Assembly: GCA_002245135.1 (NCBI GenBank)
Contig: NGBS01000331.1
Coordinates: forward strand, 1-64,000
From: Proteromonas lacertae
Taxonomy: Eukaryota
Direction: 5' to 3'
DNA: 64,000 bases
Shown here in pieces: positions 1 through 11,808 of this stretch. The notes under the pieces are model-generated. The model was not told the origin of the DNA, made no database searches, and saw nothing but the letters and a program-made list of their open reading frames with translations. Numbering within the stretch: the first letter of the stretch is position 1; each line of letters begins with the position of its first letter. The position numbers and the translations under genes are program-made.

Positions 1-1589
1 GAAGAATTGAGAGGATTGCTGTTTTAACTGTTTGGAAAGGTCCATGTAAATTGTCTTGGCCTTGAAGAGCATCGGATGATCATGTTGAAATATCATCTCG
101 TAGTGATATGCGGCCTTACTTAATTGTCCTAGGAGTTTGTCTATCATCTCAATAAACTGCGAGGTGAGGATAAAGTGATTGATGTTGTTCTCCTTGATCC
201 TGAAGTTCCTAATAAGGTGATGGACGCATTCAAATCGTTTTCGGATGAATAATAATGCTAGTCTTAGGAGATCGTTTTTTGAAGCTTACAAGGTGATGTT
301 GTTGAAGACATCCTCTCTATTGAAGGCAATCTTGAATTAATCCAGTAGACTCCTTGAGAATGTATCTCCAATAGCATATTGATGGGGGTATGGTAGTCTC
401 TTAAGCCATTGTACTTTGGTACTTGACGATGGTGCGGAAGGTAGTAAGAGTTGGTAACAATGGGGGTTTTCTTATTATTCATTGATGGTAGTTCTCTCTG
501 CTTTATATTTAAATGTGTAGATAGGATTTTTATTCCTTCATCTCATATCTTATTTCGGTTGATTATTTAGACAGTGAAGACTTGATAATGAAGATAAATT
601 GCGGATTAATATTTCTATACTTTTATGTGTTAATTTATTATCTAAATATTAGTAAAAAATCAAAATGTACAACTCAATTTAATTTTTTTTCTTTTAATCC
701 ATTTAATCTTAAAGATGAATGATTTGTAAAAATTATAATCAATATCTAAATTGCACAGATACAATTTATTATTACAATCATCTTTAATATATTTGATTAA
801 AATCTGGAATGTTTGGAATAATATTTGTGCAACTAAAAAAATGTAATTCAAAGAATGATGAAAGAAGTTGAAGGAAATGCAGAAATAATGAATCTGATAA
901 TTTTATATACAATAATGAGAAACTAATAAAAGAATATTAATCAAAATTAAATTAAGAACAAAAGAATGATTTTATAGATTGGTTTAACACGAGTACTGAT
1001 ATAAAGATTTAGCTATACCCATCGGCTTGCCAAGTCTCAAGCTCACTTTTTTAAAATCTATTTAACGAATAGATATGATTTATTATAAAGAATTGCTGAT
1101 GCTTTCAAGAGCAAAATTTAGTAATAATTTTTACAGTATCTGTTTCATAGCATTCATCAAGACGTGATAAATAGATTCGACATATAGTTGTTAAGTCTAC
1201 AACAGTTACCTGGCATTATTATGACTAATGTTTATGAATTTATTTTTAGAAATGTTAAATAATTTATTTGTAATACAAATTTTTTATATGAAATTATTCA
1301 TTACATTGTAAATATTTGAATGCCTGGGTATTTAAAATGCAAATTTTTATAACTAAATTGTAAAGTGCCTATGTAAGATGCATAATGATATTGTCCTGGT
1401 GCTGTAAGATCTGGAATTTATGGATGTTTAAATATGCAAAGAATTCTGAAGTTGACTCTGATAAAAATGCCTATGCAAGTTGAATGGAAATATTTTTTGA
1501 ATATTTTATATGAAAAATAGCTTAAATCTTTTTAAATAGAAATATGATTATTGAGAAGGAATTATAAAATTAATACAATATTATATAGT

Positions 1590-2739
1590 TTAAATATTTC
1601 CAAGCTCTATTATATTTGAGAATATATTCATTACTGACATAATGAATGAAGATATATTGAAATTTATATATTTAACATATAATTTCGTATATGTCAATTT
1701 ATATATAAAATAATGCAATCCTAACTGTGTTCCCAATTTTTGCAAATGCATATATAGGATCTTTTGGAGAAATTTCTATAACAACAGTATACCTTTTGGA
1801 AAAATAAATATTAGTCAATCCTGATCCATGATAACCGATAATTATTTTTGCATATGTAAACCAGCAATATATATCATCTAATATAAGATAATTATCGTTA
1901 TATACTATTATGCTTATATTGAAATAGTGTATTAAGCATCTTTTTAATTCATTTTAAATTTTGTAATATTCGATTCTTTGATCTTTGAAGTAATAGAATA
2001 TAATTCAGCTTAGAATTATTACATTGTTTATTAGCCATTCTCTTTCTTAATATTTCACTAAATTTTATTATTAATGGTGTTGATGATTTAACACAATAAA
2101 ATGGAGTAGGTACTAACAAATTAATAAACAAAGTGCTTACCATATATGATTCTATTATTGGAAAAGCCTAAAAGATTTAGAATTTTTTCTGCTGTATTTT
2201 GACTATAACGAGGATATGATATGAATATTTTAATGTATGACCGATTTAAAAGGTAATTTATATATGGAATTATCCTTGTTAATCCTTCAACTGTGGCCAT
2301 GAAAAACTCCATCGGCATGCCAATTTATTAAATTAAATCCATAATTAACTATTGGCAAAGCTTCATTTTCCTTAATATTGTTTATATACCACCTAAAATC
2401 ATTGCACTGCCCTTTAAAAAATAGAATTTTACAATTACTAATTATAATTCTATCAGTAACAAATACATTTTTCATTAAAAGTAAAATATAATTATCATAA
2501 TCGTTGTTATTCAAATAATAAAGCTGACTATTTTTTCCTGATATAATTGTAATATAATTCGATCTTGATTTAGTAAATAATATTTGTGAAGTAATCATTC
2601 TAATGTTTTTTGTAGATGAATTGATTATTTTTATATTTGAACAATAAAAATTTCTTTTATTAATTATAATACTGTAATAAAATAAATTCATAATCAATAG
2701 AATAATTAATATTTTATTATAATAATTACATATAGTCAT
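1590..2739 (-). pseudogene. Frameshifted copy of the GT61 glycosyltransferase
   Basis: Mirror of 16196-17341, split into ORFs 2287-2769, 2121-2318 and 1949-2143 by small indels that may be sequencing errors. Confidence 0.85.
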
Positions 2740-2747
2740 ATATAAAT

Positions 2748-3801
2748 CAGTGTTGTATTTTTCGGTCAAAAAATATAGGTTTACCTATAGGTCAAAACCT
2801 ATATCTTTAGCTTGACCTTTACCTTCCTTATACAAAATTAATGTTTTATACATCATCTTTCAAATATCAAATTTGACCGTCAGTCGATGCACTTTTTATA
2901 TTACTATTATTTTGATCTATTTCTCAATGATGACTCACAATAACATATTATTAACATAATATTAAATTAATTATAGAATAAAAAAATAAAAGAAAAAAAC
3001 ATCAAGCTTGATGGTTTGACTAAGATAATCTTTATTTATAAGACTTTATAATATATGAAACTATAGGGATATCACATTACCATCTTTCGCATCGAAAGAA
3101 GTTGTGGATTTATTCAATTATAAAATGTTTCATAAAAATATTAACTACTTCAAAATGTTTTGGAAAACGTGATTAAAATAAAATATTCAGATTATTACAT
3201 ATGGTAAAAGCCAAAGTCAATTCAGATTCTGTCAACAAAGATCTATTTAAATTCATAACCTTCAATGCAGTCAGTACCACAATATTAGACTCACCAGTAT
3301 TTAGAAGGTTTTGCTTCAAACTAGGATATAGTATAACTCGAAGAGAGGTTTATAATGATTATTTATTTTCAGAAACTGAGAAAGTAAGAGACTTATTGAA
3401 GACAAATCATTAATATCCAGAAATAGAGATTTATTATTATAATTACATTAATATTTGTTTTTTAGAGATAGTAATCAATATAAATTAATCATCAAAATAA
3501 CAAGTTGTTTATAAATATGTTAAATATCACTATTGAGTAGTTTGTAGATGAATTTTAATATATCAGAATAGATATTTATACAATTTCAACAAATCTTAGT
3601 CATAACTATAGTAACTAAAGTAAAACAAGAAGCAGGAATAATATTTTATATAGTATGATAGTTTGTATAAAACAAATGTTACTCAGTATGTAATTAAAAT
3701 AGATTTTAACAAAATAATGCTTGAGGTTTGACCGACCGACGGTCAAAGCTAGATTATAGGTTTTACCTATAACCTATAAGTTACCTATTTATACAACCCT
3801 G
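2748..3801 (+). mobile_element. Non-autonomous hAT DNA transposon (1054 bp)
   Basis: Imperfect TIRs CAGTGTTGTAT / ATACAACCCTG and a perfect 8-bp TSD ATATAAAT (2740-2747, 3802-3809). Internal ORF 3201-3413 resembles a hAT transposase segment (ILDSPVFRRF...Y.I..R). Confidence 0.9.
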
Positions 3802-3807
3802 ATATAA

Positions 3808-4641
3808 ATGATAGTATTGAAATATTTTCTATTTGTGATATTTTTATTCGCTGTAGCTAAATATTATTTTAATAATATAAATGGCAAAGGTAATTGTAAT
3901 AATTCCGAAATATACAATTTAAAAGAGTTTAGTATAGAGTTGATGAAAAAAGTTGTATTAAATAGTATATATGAAAATGGATCCTGGATAATAGACGGAA
4001 GTTCATGGCCGAAAGGTAATGCTCTTACAATGGTGGGAATGAGAAGATTAAATAATTTGCATTTATTAATTCAGAATATCATTGAAAAAAATATTAAAGG
4101 TGATATTATAGAGGCTGGATGTTGGAGAGGAGGGGCAATGATATTAGCAAGGACTATACTAAATTTATACAACCAAAATAACCGAAATGTCTACATGTGT
4201 GATTCATTCTCAGGAATACCACCAATGCCTAATTCAAAATATGTTCAAGATAAAGCAGCTCATACTTATGATATATTGAATAACAATCCTGTAGAAAATC
4301 TTTTCAAAATACTAAAAATCTTAAATTTAGAGAGAGGAACAATTGTAGTAAAAGGTTATTTTAATGAAACTCTTTATAAAATACCATCAAAATCGTTTTC
4401 AATAATTCGATTGGATGGCGATACATACATTAGCACTTGGCAAGCAATTTCTATTCTTTATCCTAAATTATCAATAGGAGGATATGTTATTATTGATGAT
4501 TACATTGGGTGGATATCCTGTAAACAAGCTATTACTGATTATAGAAAGAAATACAATATTGATGAAGAAATAATCGAAGTGTTTCATGAAAAAGGAGAAA
4601 GAATAAGAGGAGTTTATTGGGAAAAAAAGAAGAATATATAA
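3808..4641 (+). CDS. TylF/MycF/NovP-family (macrocin-type) sugar O-methyltransferase with N-terminal signal anchor
   Basis: Motifs TMVG..RL, GDIIEAGCWRGG, CDSFSG, KGYFNETL, IRLDGDTYIST, LSIGGYVIIDDY; hydrophobic N-terminus. Confidence 0.93.
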   Translation: MIVLKYFLFVIFLFAVAKYYFNNINGKGNCNNSEIYNLKEFSIELMKKVVLNSIYENGSWIIDGSSWPKGNALTMVGMRRLNNLHLLIQNIIEKNIKGDIIEAGCWRGGAMILARTILNLYNQNNRNVYMCDSFSGIPPMPNSKYVQDKAAHTYDILNNNPVENLFKILKILNLERGTIVVKGYFNETLYKIPSKSFSIIRLDGDTYISTWQAISILYPKLSIGGYVIIDDYIGWISCKQAITDYRKKYNIDEEIIEVFHEKGERIRGVYWEKKKNI

Positions 4642-4899
4642 TTTATTTTATTAATAATAATAATTTGTAAGAAACATTAAATAGGTATACAAAAGCGGTG
4701 ATTTTCTATTCCAAAAGTATTGTAAATGTATAGCTTGAATAACATCTCTAACATCTATTGTCAAGATATTTTATCTTTCAAAGCCATCCCTAATATAGTA
4801 TTATCAATAATAATCCTTCCTATTACTAATATATTTAATATTTTCATTTGATTTTCATTAAAAGTATATTTTGTAGCTGAGATATTCCATCGTAAGATT

Positions 4900-5100
4900 C
4901 ACTTAGTACCTGACAGCTATCAGATGGATATCGTCTTCTTCCTACCGAAGAATAGCTACAAGCACGATAGCTTTACTTAGTTCACGTGCAGTACATAGTC
5001 AAGGAAGTAGATGAATACTATGTGATGAGCATCCTCAATTGCTCAGTCTCCGAGGTCAAGAGATTACATTATAAGAGAATAGCCAATGCTGGCTTGCACA
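4900..5100 (+). pseudogene. Relic of a Polinton-type rve integrase
   Basis: Translates to PDSYQMDIVFFLPK and later MSILNCSVSEVKRLHYKRI. These match PGYFQMDIVFFLP / LLDRSVS..KRLLYK of the integrase at 45616-46918. Mirror copy at ~13835-14035. Confidence 0.7.
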
Positions 5101-5203
5101 TCAGAGAAGCTCTTGAACATAAAGCAATTCGGCATTATAATGTATATTAATGGAATTTATCACTATGATCATCATTATATTAATTTGGGCAGAATCCATG
5201 TTA

Positions 5204-6190
5204 TTATTTTTTATTGCATAGATGATGACAATATTTTACATCTTTAGGTAAAGATATTTTAGTGTAATTTTTTGCAAATAACGATAAGCTTGTATATCTC
5301 AATGGTGCATCTCCCCATCTATAGATAAACTGACCATAACTTAAATCTACTAACATCATAAACTGAAACATTTTTCTATTTCTAAAAAAATTCAATCTAC
5401 ATATTTCAAAATTATTATAATAAATAAGTGCACTTGAATTAAAATTTTTACTAAATCTATTAACATCTTCTACTTTAATCTTTAATGCATTAATAAATGA
5501 AAATGTAAAATCTTTTAATCCTTTTGTTACAAATGCAGCATCGTATAAAATTCTATTATGCATATATATAATTTCATCACTCATATAATTAAATAAATTC
5601 ACAGAAGTATTTAAAATAGATTCTGAATCAAGTCTCATGATCATATCTGAATCACACAATAATGGATGGATAAAAATACTTTTAAAAAAGAACCTACACA
5701 TGTGTTGATAATTCCATTTTCCTCTTTTCATGTAGTTTGGTTTATATGCAGACGTATTAAATTTGTAGGGAAATGTATAAAAATAAGATGAAACATCAAC
5801 AACAGAATAGAAAATATTACGATATTTGTCATCTAGTGTAATGTTTTCTGTAACAAAGAAAATTAATTTATCATAATGTTTTTGATTTAAAAATAGATAA
5901 TTTTTATCAATAAAAGGTTTTATATTATTATAATACAGTAGAACAATAATTGTCCTTTTTTTACCATTGCATGATTTGCACATATGATATAATCTATTTA
6001 TATATGGCAGTCTTTGATTATAAAGATTAATTGAATTAATAAACATTTTTGAATAATTATAATTATTTATTAATTCTATTTTTTCAAACATTAAATCTAT
6101 TTTTGATAAATTAATTTTTTTAATATATAATAATATGAATAGAGAAAAGAATAATAAGAATATTTTAATATATCTAATTATGAATATCAT
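5204..6190 (-). CDS. GT15 (Kre2/Mnt1-like) alpha-1,2-mannosyltransferase
   Basis: YQHMCRFF, MRLDSES, YNNFEI, YRWGDAPLR motifs; type II membrane anchor. Confidence 0.92.
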   Translation of the reverse strand: MIFIIRYIKIFLLFFSLFILLYIKKINLSKIDLMFEKIELINNYNYSKMFINSINLYNQRLPYINRLYHMCKSCNGKKRTIIVLLYYNNIKPFIDKNYLFLNQKHYDKLIFFVTENITLDDKYRNIFYSVVDVSSYFYTFPYKFNTSAYKPNYMKRGKWNYQHMCRFFFKSIFIHPLLCDSDMIMRLDSESILNTSVNLFNYMSDEIIYMHNRILYDAAFVTKGLKDFTFSFINALKIKVEDVNRFSKNFNSSALIYYNNFEICRLNFFRNRKMFQFMMLVDLSYGQFIYRWGDAPLRYTSLSLFAKNYTKISLPKDVKYCHHLCNKK

Positions 6191-6202
6191 AGAATAATAA
6201 TA

Positions 6203-7126
6203 TTAAGGCTGTTTTAATGAATTTGATATATTAAAAGCAGATCCTGAATGATTTATAGATTTTGAATGTTTTACATAGAATATAAATGACTTAGGCAAAT
6301 CAAGATCGGATATATACCAATCAATATGATGAGCAACATAAGGTGACAGAGATCTAAAAGAATATTGTGAATGTCTTCTAAATTTTGTTGTTCTTTTTCT
6401 CATTCCAAATATAGTGTCAATATCTGCATTAATAAGAGTATAATATTGATTTTTGTAAAATATATCATAGTGGTTCCTTCTTAGATAATTTGTTTCAAAA
6501 GTATATACTTTTCTAAAATCAGGAAATTTATTAGATATATCGTTAACCATTAGTGATGGACCTACTACACTTACATTGCAATTACTCAGTACTGAGGCAT
6601 AAAAATCAAATATATTTGTTGGTATATTTATCATTATAATATCTATATCTGATAAAATATAATATTTAATATTTATATTTAAACTAAGATAAGAAATTAT
6701 GATATTTGGGACCTCTATATCGATTAAATATTTCCAGCTATTCTGTTTGAGATAAACAATATCTATATCATATTTATTTTCTATAAAATTATAATATTTT
6801 AAAAGTGGCAGATAAGTACTACTATGATCCAATATAACTAACTTTATATTATTATTTCTATTGAATTTCATCCAATACTTAATTGAATAATATACTGCAT
6901 ATAGCCTATCTCTAGATAAAAGAAATATAAAGATACTGCTAACATGAATAACTTTAATAGGATATAAGCAATTTAATTTGTTTAACCTATTCATTTTAAG
7001 ATTTTCAAATTCTCTTATATATTCATATTTTATAGTATTACTTTCATTCTCGCAATAAATAACTCTAAAACATAAAAGTAGAAAAATAGTAATTACTATA
7101 ACTGTTATTAGAGAAAATAATAACAT
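6203..7126 (-). CDS. GT-A fold glycosyltransferase (GT2-like)
   Basis: ILDHSSTYLPLL, DxD (SDID), ADIDTIF motifs; N-terminal TM. Confidence 0.7.
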   Translation of the reverse strand: MLLFSLITVIVITIFLLLCFRVIYCENESNTIKYEYIREFENLKMNRLNKLNCLYPIKVIHVSSIFIFLLSRDRLYAVYYSIKYWMKFNRNNNIKLVILDHSSTYLPLLKYYNFIENKYDIDIVYLKQNSWKYLIDIEVPNIIISYLSLNINIKYYILSDIDIIMINIPTNIFDFYASVLSNCNVSVVGPSLMVNDISNKFPDFRKVYTFETNYLRRNHYDIFYKNQYYTLINADIDTIFGMRKRTTKFRRHSQYSFRSLSPYVAHHIDWYISDLDLPKSFIFYVKHSKSINHSGSAFNISNSLKQP

Positions 7127-7170
7127 AAATAAACATATATTGATCTTTTTGATAAAACTCTAATTATTAC

Positions 7171-8199
7171 ATGTTTATAAACTTAATTATATCTCTTTTT
7201 GTTATTAATATATTATATAATATCAATATTATTATCTACTATAATTATTATCATTTAATATACTATAATTATAATAACAGCATAAATATGTATATTCATA
7301 GTAATCAGCAACTAATCATATCGTTTGCACTAAATTACAATTTCTCTAAAATTCAAAATTTTATTATGTCATTAAACAAAACAAAATATTCAGGAAATTT
7401 AATTATTTTTACATTTTCTACTATAGAAATAATAAATAAATTATTTCTATCATATCATATACATTTAATAATACTTAATAAGACATATCCATTTTATCCA
7501 TATAATGATAAATCCTTTCCAATATCTAGGTCGAATATTATAAAATATCTGTTTTTATATAATAGCATATCGTTCTTTACCTATAGATATTTCATTATAA
7601 AATTGTTCATTAGATTCTATGGATATAGATTTAAATATATATTATTAACAGATATTAGAGATGTTTTATTCCAATTAAATCCATTCAATTGGAATATTAA
7701 AAAAGGAATATATTTGGTGGAAGAGCATCCTCGAAGAAAAATAGGGGGAGATAAATCAAATACATTATATGTGAAAAATTATAGACCTACTTCAAAAATA
7801 TATAAAAGCAATGTACTTAATGGAGGAATATTATTTGGTACTTATCCTGATTTATTAACATTTCTTGATGATTTTTTAAAGTATATATGTTCTTTTAACT
7901 GTAATGAGAATGATCAAGGTGGTTTAAATTCATATATATGGAATACACATTCATTTAAGTATCCTATATACATACTTAACTCATCGCATTCACCTGTTAG
8001 AACATTAGCTTTATGGTTATTTGATTCAAATATATGTTGTTTACCTGTTAAAAATGTAATTCTTAATTTAGACTTGTCTATACCATTAATTATTCATCAA
8101 TATGATAGAGCTATAAAAGCAACTAAAAACAATTTTAGCTCAGTCATATTATATAAAACATATTTATATTTTTATACAGAGTGTCGAAATTTTTCATAA
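7171..8199 (+). CDS. Putative GT-A glycosyltransferase
   Basis: LTDIRDVLFQLNPF, LNGGILFG, NDQGGLN, IIHQYDR motifs; N-terminal TM. Confidence 0.72.
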   Translation: MFINLIISLFVINILYNINIIIYYNYYHLIYYNYNNSINMYIHSNQQLIISFALNYNFSKIQNFIMSLNKTKYSGNLIIFTFSTIEIINKLFLSYHIHLIILNKTYPFYPYNDKSFPISRSNIIKYLFLYNSISFFTYRYFIIKLFIRFYGYRFKYILLTDIRDVLFQLNPFNWNIKKGIYLVEEHPRRKIGGDKSNTLYVKNYRPTSKIYKSNVLNGGILFGTYPDLLTFLDDFLKYICSFNCNENDQGGLNSYIWNTHSFKYPIYILNSSHSPVRTLALWLFDSNICCLPVKNVILNLDLSIPLIIHQYDRAIKATKNNFSSVILYKTYLYFYTECRNFS

Positions 8200-8238
8200 T
8201 ACTTATACGATTTAGTATCGCAATAAATTCTATATCAA

Positions 8239-8551
8239 TTAAAATTTCAAAGGGTGATAAAATTTATTGTGGTTGCTTTTAGTATGTATTATATTGTACC
8301 ATCTTTCTTTTGTCAATGTTTTACCAGCAGAGAAAGGAGAACCTATATAAACTTTGGATATTACTTCATATGAAAGATTGTAATACAAAGCAGTTTCAAT
8401 TGTACTTGTTTCAGTTTGCGAATGATAACTATTTTGCAAATCATGTATCATATATCTAAAATAATACTTAGACCATCTTTGAACATATTCTCTATTTACA
8501 TAACCATAATTATACTTAAAAATGGTATTTCTTCTATATTAATATTCTTTT
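8239..8551 (-). pseudogene. 3' fragment of gene 9832-10698 created at the palindrome breakpoint
   Basis: Near-identical to 10386-10698 in reverse; similarity stops at 8551. Confidence 0.9.
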
Positions 8552-8792
8552 TATGCATATTTGATATAAAATAATCTCTTTTATACTTATTTAAAAAGAA
8601 CAGCATAACTACAAAAAACAAAAAACTTATAGAAACAAATATTTATGTCGATATAAACGGGTTTGAGTGTAAATTCAAGTATCATTCAAGCATTATATAT
8701 ATTATCTAAAAAGATTTTACATTTTATATTTATACTACAACAATAATTCCATTACATATACATTCACAATTACTATAGAAGAGAATGACATT

Positions 8793-9632
8793 CTAAAACA
8801 TATAACATGCAGAATCTTTTATATAGAAACCAAGTTCCTTTTTAAATAATGCAACTTTATACCCTTTTACAACAATTCTTGATATAAAATCTAAATCCTC
8901 TGTTGAATAAAGCGATTCATTGTAAAGAATATATTTCATTATATCTCTTTTTATTGAAGGCCAACCATTTGTTATATAGAATCTATTTGACACATCACAC
9001 ATATATATTCTACCATTATTATAAAATGTATTCCTACATCTTTCTGTAATTTTATTATATTGATTAATAACAGCATATTTTTTATATTCTTTTGTAAGAT
9101 TAACTGAATCAAGCAAACTATAGTTTCTTGTTGAAGGATGAAATACTACATCAATCTTTGAATTTTCATAAAATATTTTATGAATTATGTATAGTCTGTA
9201 TATTGACATTATATCGTCAATATCAAAAAATGAAAGTATTTGACATTGTGAATGGATATATCCAAAGTTTCGGTTTGACGCAGCATTATACTTATTATAT
9301 CTAAGCAGAATTACTAATTTCTGTGTGCATTTTTTTAATTCTTTTGATTTTTGTTTATTGTATTTTGATAAATTAGCATTAACTCCTGACAATACAATAA
9401 TTATTTCTTCCGGATATTGTAAAGAATTGCATATACTTCTTTTTAAAGTATTAAAACATCTTTCATAGTCTTCATAAGTTGAAGGTATTATTAGTGATAT
9501 ACAAAATGGATGTATATTAGATATTAAGTAAATATACTTTTCACATATAATTAATAATATAAATGAAAAGATAATAATAATTAATTTGTTTAAATCTATT
9601 TGTATATGTTGTTGAATATTATGAATTTGCAA
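8793..9632 (-). CDS. GT2-family glycosyltransferase (start uncertain)
   Basis: SLIIP, AASNRNFG, FFDIDD, TEDLDF motifs; paralogue of 19025-19831; no clear ATG upstream of the TM. Confidence 0.82.
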   Translation of the reverse strand: MQIHNIQQHIQIDLNKLIIIIFSFILLIICEKYIYLISNIHPFCISLIIPSTYEDYERCFNTLKRSICNSLQYPEEIIIVLSGVNANLSKYNKQKSKELKKCTQKLVILLRYNKYNAASNRNFGYIHSQCQILSFFDIDDIMSIYRLYIIHKIFYENSKIDVVFHPSTRNYSLLDSVNLTKEYKKYAVINQYNKITERCRNTFYNNGRIYMCDVSNRFYITNGWPSIKRDIMKYILYNESLYSTEDLDFISRIVVKGYKVALFKKELGFYIKDSACYMF

Positions 9633-9831
9633 CTACTGGTTATTAAAACATTAAGATGGCATTCTAATCTAATTACTTTAAATTGGCAACCTTGGAGTTG
9701 CATCAGTTCCATTATCTAGTGAGGTGTAATTCATGCCTGGATGAAGTAAGTGTGTTGTATATTGATATGAGTTCTCTTACTTTGAACTTATTTGAAATGG
9801 GGTTATAATACGTATAAATACTACATTTTTA

Positions 9832-10698
9832 ATGAAATTCAAAATATTTTCTAAGTATTTTTTAGTTATGATATTTTATTTTGTTTGTTATAGTATTAAC
9901 ATATACAAAGTTTTAAGAAATAATATATTTTATTCATGTATAGTAATTAGAGTAAAAGATGTAACGACTAAGCAACTTGAAAGGTATATACAATGGAAAA
10001 AATCTTTTCCTAAAGAATATGACTTCTTTATCCTTTCAATGAATAAAATAAATACAAATATTCTAAAAACCTCTGGTGTAATAAATATAGTAGTAACATT
10101 CAATGAAATATTGTTAAAATATCCAAATATTACTAGATTAAATGGTAATTGTTCTAGCTTTAAATCTTCAAGATTACTTTCGTGGATTTCTCATTCTGAA
10201 TCATTAGTTATTCTATACTCAAAATTTATAAAAAGATTTGATTATATTTGGATTATAGAACAAGATGTTGGTTATACTGGAAAATTATATGATTTTATTA
10301 GATTATATAATAACTGCACTAAAGATTTTATAACAATGAATATAGGAAAAATAACACCCAAGTGGGTATGGTTTAATTGTGCCACAAAAGAATATTTATA
10401 TAGAAGAAATACCATTTTTAAGTATAATTATGGTTATGTAAATAGAGAATATGTTCAAAGATGGTCTAAGTATTATTTTAGATATATGATACATGATTTG
10501 CAAAATAGTTATCATTCGCAAACTGAAACAAGTACAATTGAAACTGCTTTGTATTACAATCTTTCATATGAAGTAATATCCAAAGTTTATATAGGTTCTC
10601 CTTTCTCTGCTGGTAAAACATTGACAAAAGAAAGATGGTACAATATAATACATACTAAAAGCAACCACAATAAATTTTATCACCCTTTGAAATTTTAA
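9832..10698 (+). CDS. Signal-anchored putative glycosyltransferase (W..EQD motif; DUF3405-like)
   Basis: FDYIWIIEQDVGYTG, C-terminal FYHPLK, N-terminal TM; paralogue of 22812-23603. Confidence 0.6.
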   Translation: MKFKIFSKYFLVMIFYFVCYSINIYKVLRNNIFYSCIVIRVKDVTTKQLERYIQWKKSFPKEYDFFILSMNKINTNILKTSGVINIVVTFNEILLKYPNITRLNGNCSSFKSSRLLSWISHSESLVILYSKFIKRFDYIWIIEQDVGYTGKLYDFIRLYNNCTKDFITMNIGKITPKWVWFNCATKEYLYRRNTIFKYNYGYVNREYVQRWSKYYFRYMIHDLQNSYHSQTETSTIETALYYNLSYEVISKVYIGSPFSAGKTLTKERWYNIIHTKSNHNKFYHPLKF

Positions 10699-10737
10699 TT
10701 GATATAGAATTTATTGCGATACTAAATCGTATAAGTA

Positions 10738-11764
10738 TTATGAAAAATTTCGACACTCTGTATAAAAATATAAATATGTTTTATATAATATGACTGAGCT
10801 AAAATTGTTTTTAGTTGCTTTTATAGCTCTATCATATTGATGAATAATTAATGGTATAGACAAGTCTAAATTAAGAATTACATTTTTAACAGGTAAACAA
10901 CATATATTTGAATCAAATAACCATAAAGCTAATGTTCTAACAGGTGAATGCGATGAGTTAAGTATGTATATAGGATACTTAAATGAATGTGTATTCCATA
11001 TATATGAATTTAAACCACCTTGATCATTCTCATTACAGTTAAAAGAACATATATACTTTAAAAAATCATCAAGAAATGTTAATAAATCAGGATAAGTACC
11101 AAATAATATTCCTCCATTAAGTACATTGCTTTTATATATTTTTGAAGTAGGTCTATAATTTTCACATATAATGTATTTGATTTATCTCCCCCTATTTTTC
11201 TTCGAGGATGCTCTTCCACCAAATATATTCCTTTTTTAATATTCCAATTGAATGGATTTAATTGGAATAAAACATCTCTAATATCTGTTAATAATATATA
11301 TTTAAATCTATATCCATAGAATCTAATGAACAATTTTATAATGAAATATCTATAGGTAAAGAACGATATGCTATTATATAAAAACAGATATTTTATAATA
11401 TTCGACCTAGATATTGGAAAGGATTTATCATTATATGGATAAAATGGATATGTCTTATTAAGTATTATTAAATGTATATGATATGATAGAAATAATTTAT
11501 TTATTATTTCTATAGTAGAAAATGTAAAAATAATTAAATTTCCTGAATATTTTGTTTTGTTTAATGACATAATAAAATTTTGAATTTTAGAGAAATTGTA
11601 ATTTAGTGCAAACGATATGATTAGTTGCTGATTACTATGAATATACATATTTATGCTGTTATTATAATTATAGTATATTAAATGATAATAATTATAGTAG
11701 ATAATAATATTGATATTATATAATATATTAATAACAAAAGAGATATAATTAAGTTTATAAACAT
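10738..11764 (-). pseudogene. Copy of the 7171-8199 glycosyltransferase with two homopolymer deletions
   Basis: 1027 nt versus 1029 nt; A5>A4 and T5>T4 changes, possibly sequencing errors. Confidence 0.85.
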
Positions 11765-11808
11765 GTAATAATTAGAGTTTTATCAAAAAGATCAATATAT
11801 GTTTATTT

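Larger units (their letters stand above)
1..8551. repeat. Left arm of a large inverted duplication (may extend beyond the window start)
   Basis: Reverse complement of 10386-18931. ORFs are mirrored (3808-4641/14294-15127, 5204-6190/12745-13731, 6203-7126/11809-12732). Differences are mostly single-base indels. Confidence 0.97.
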
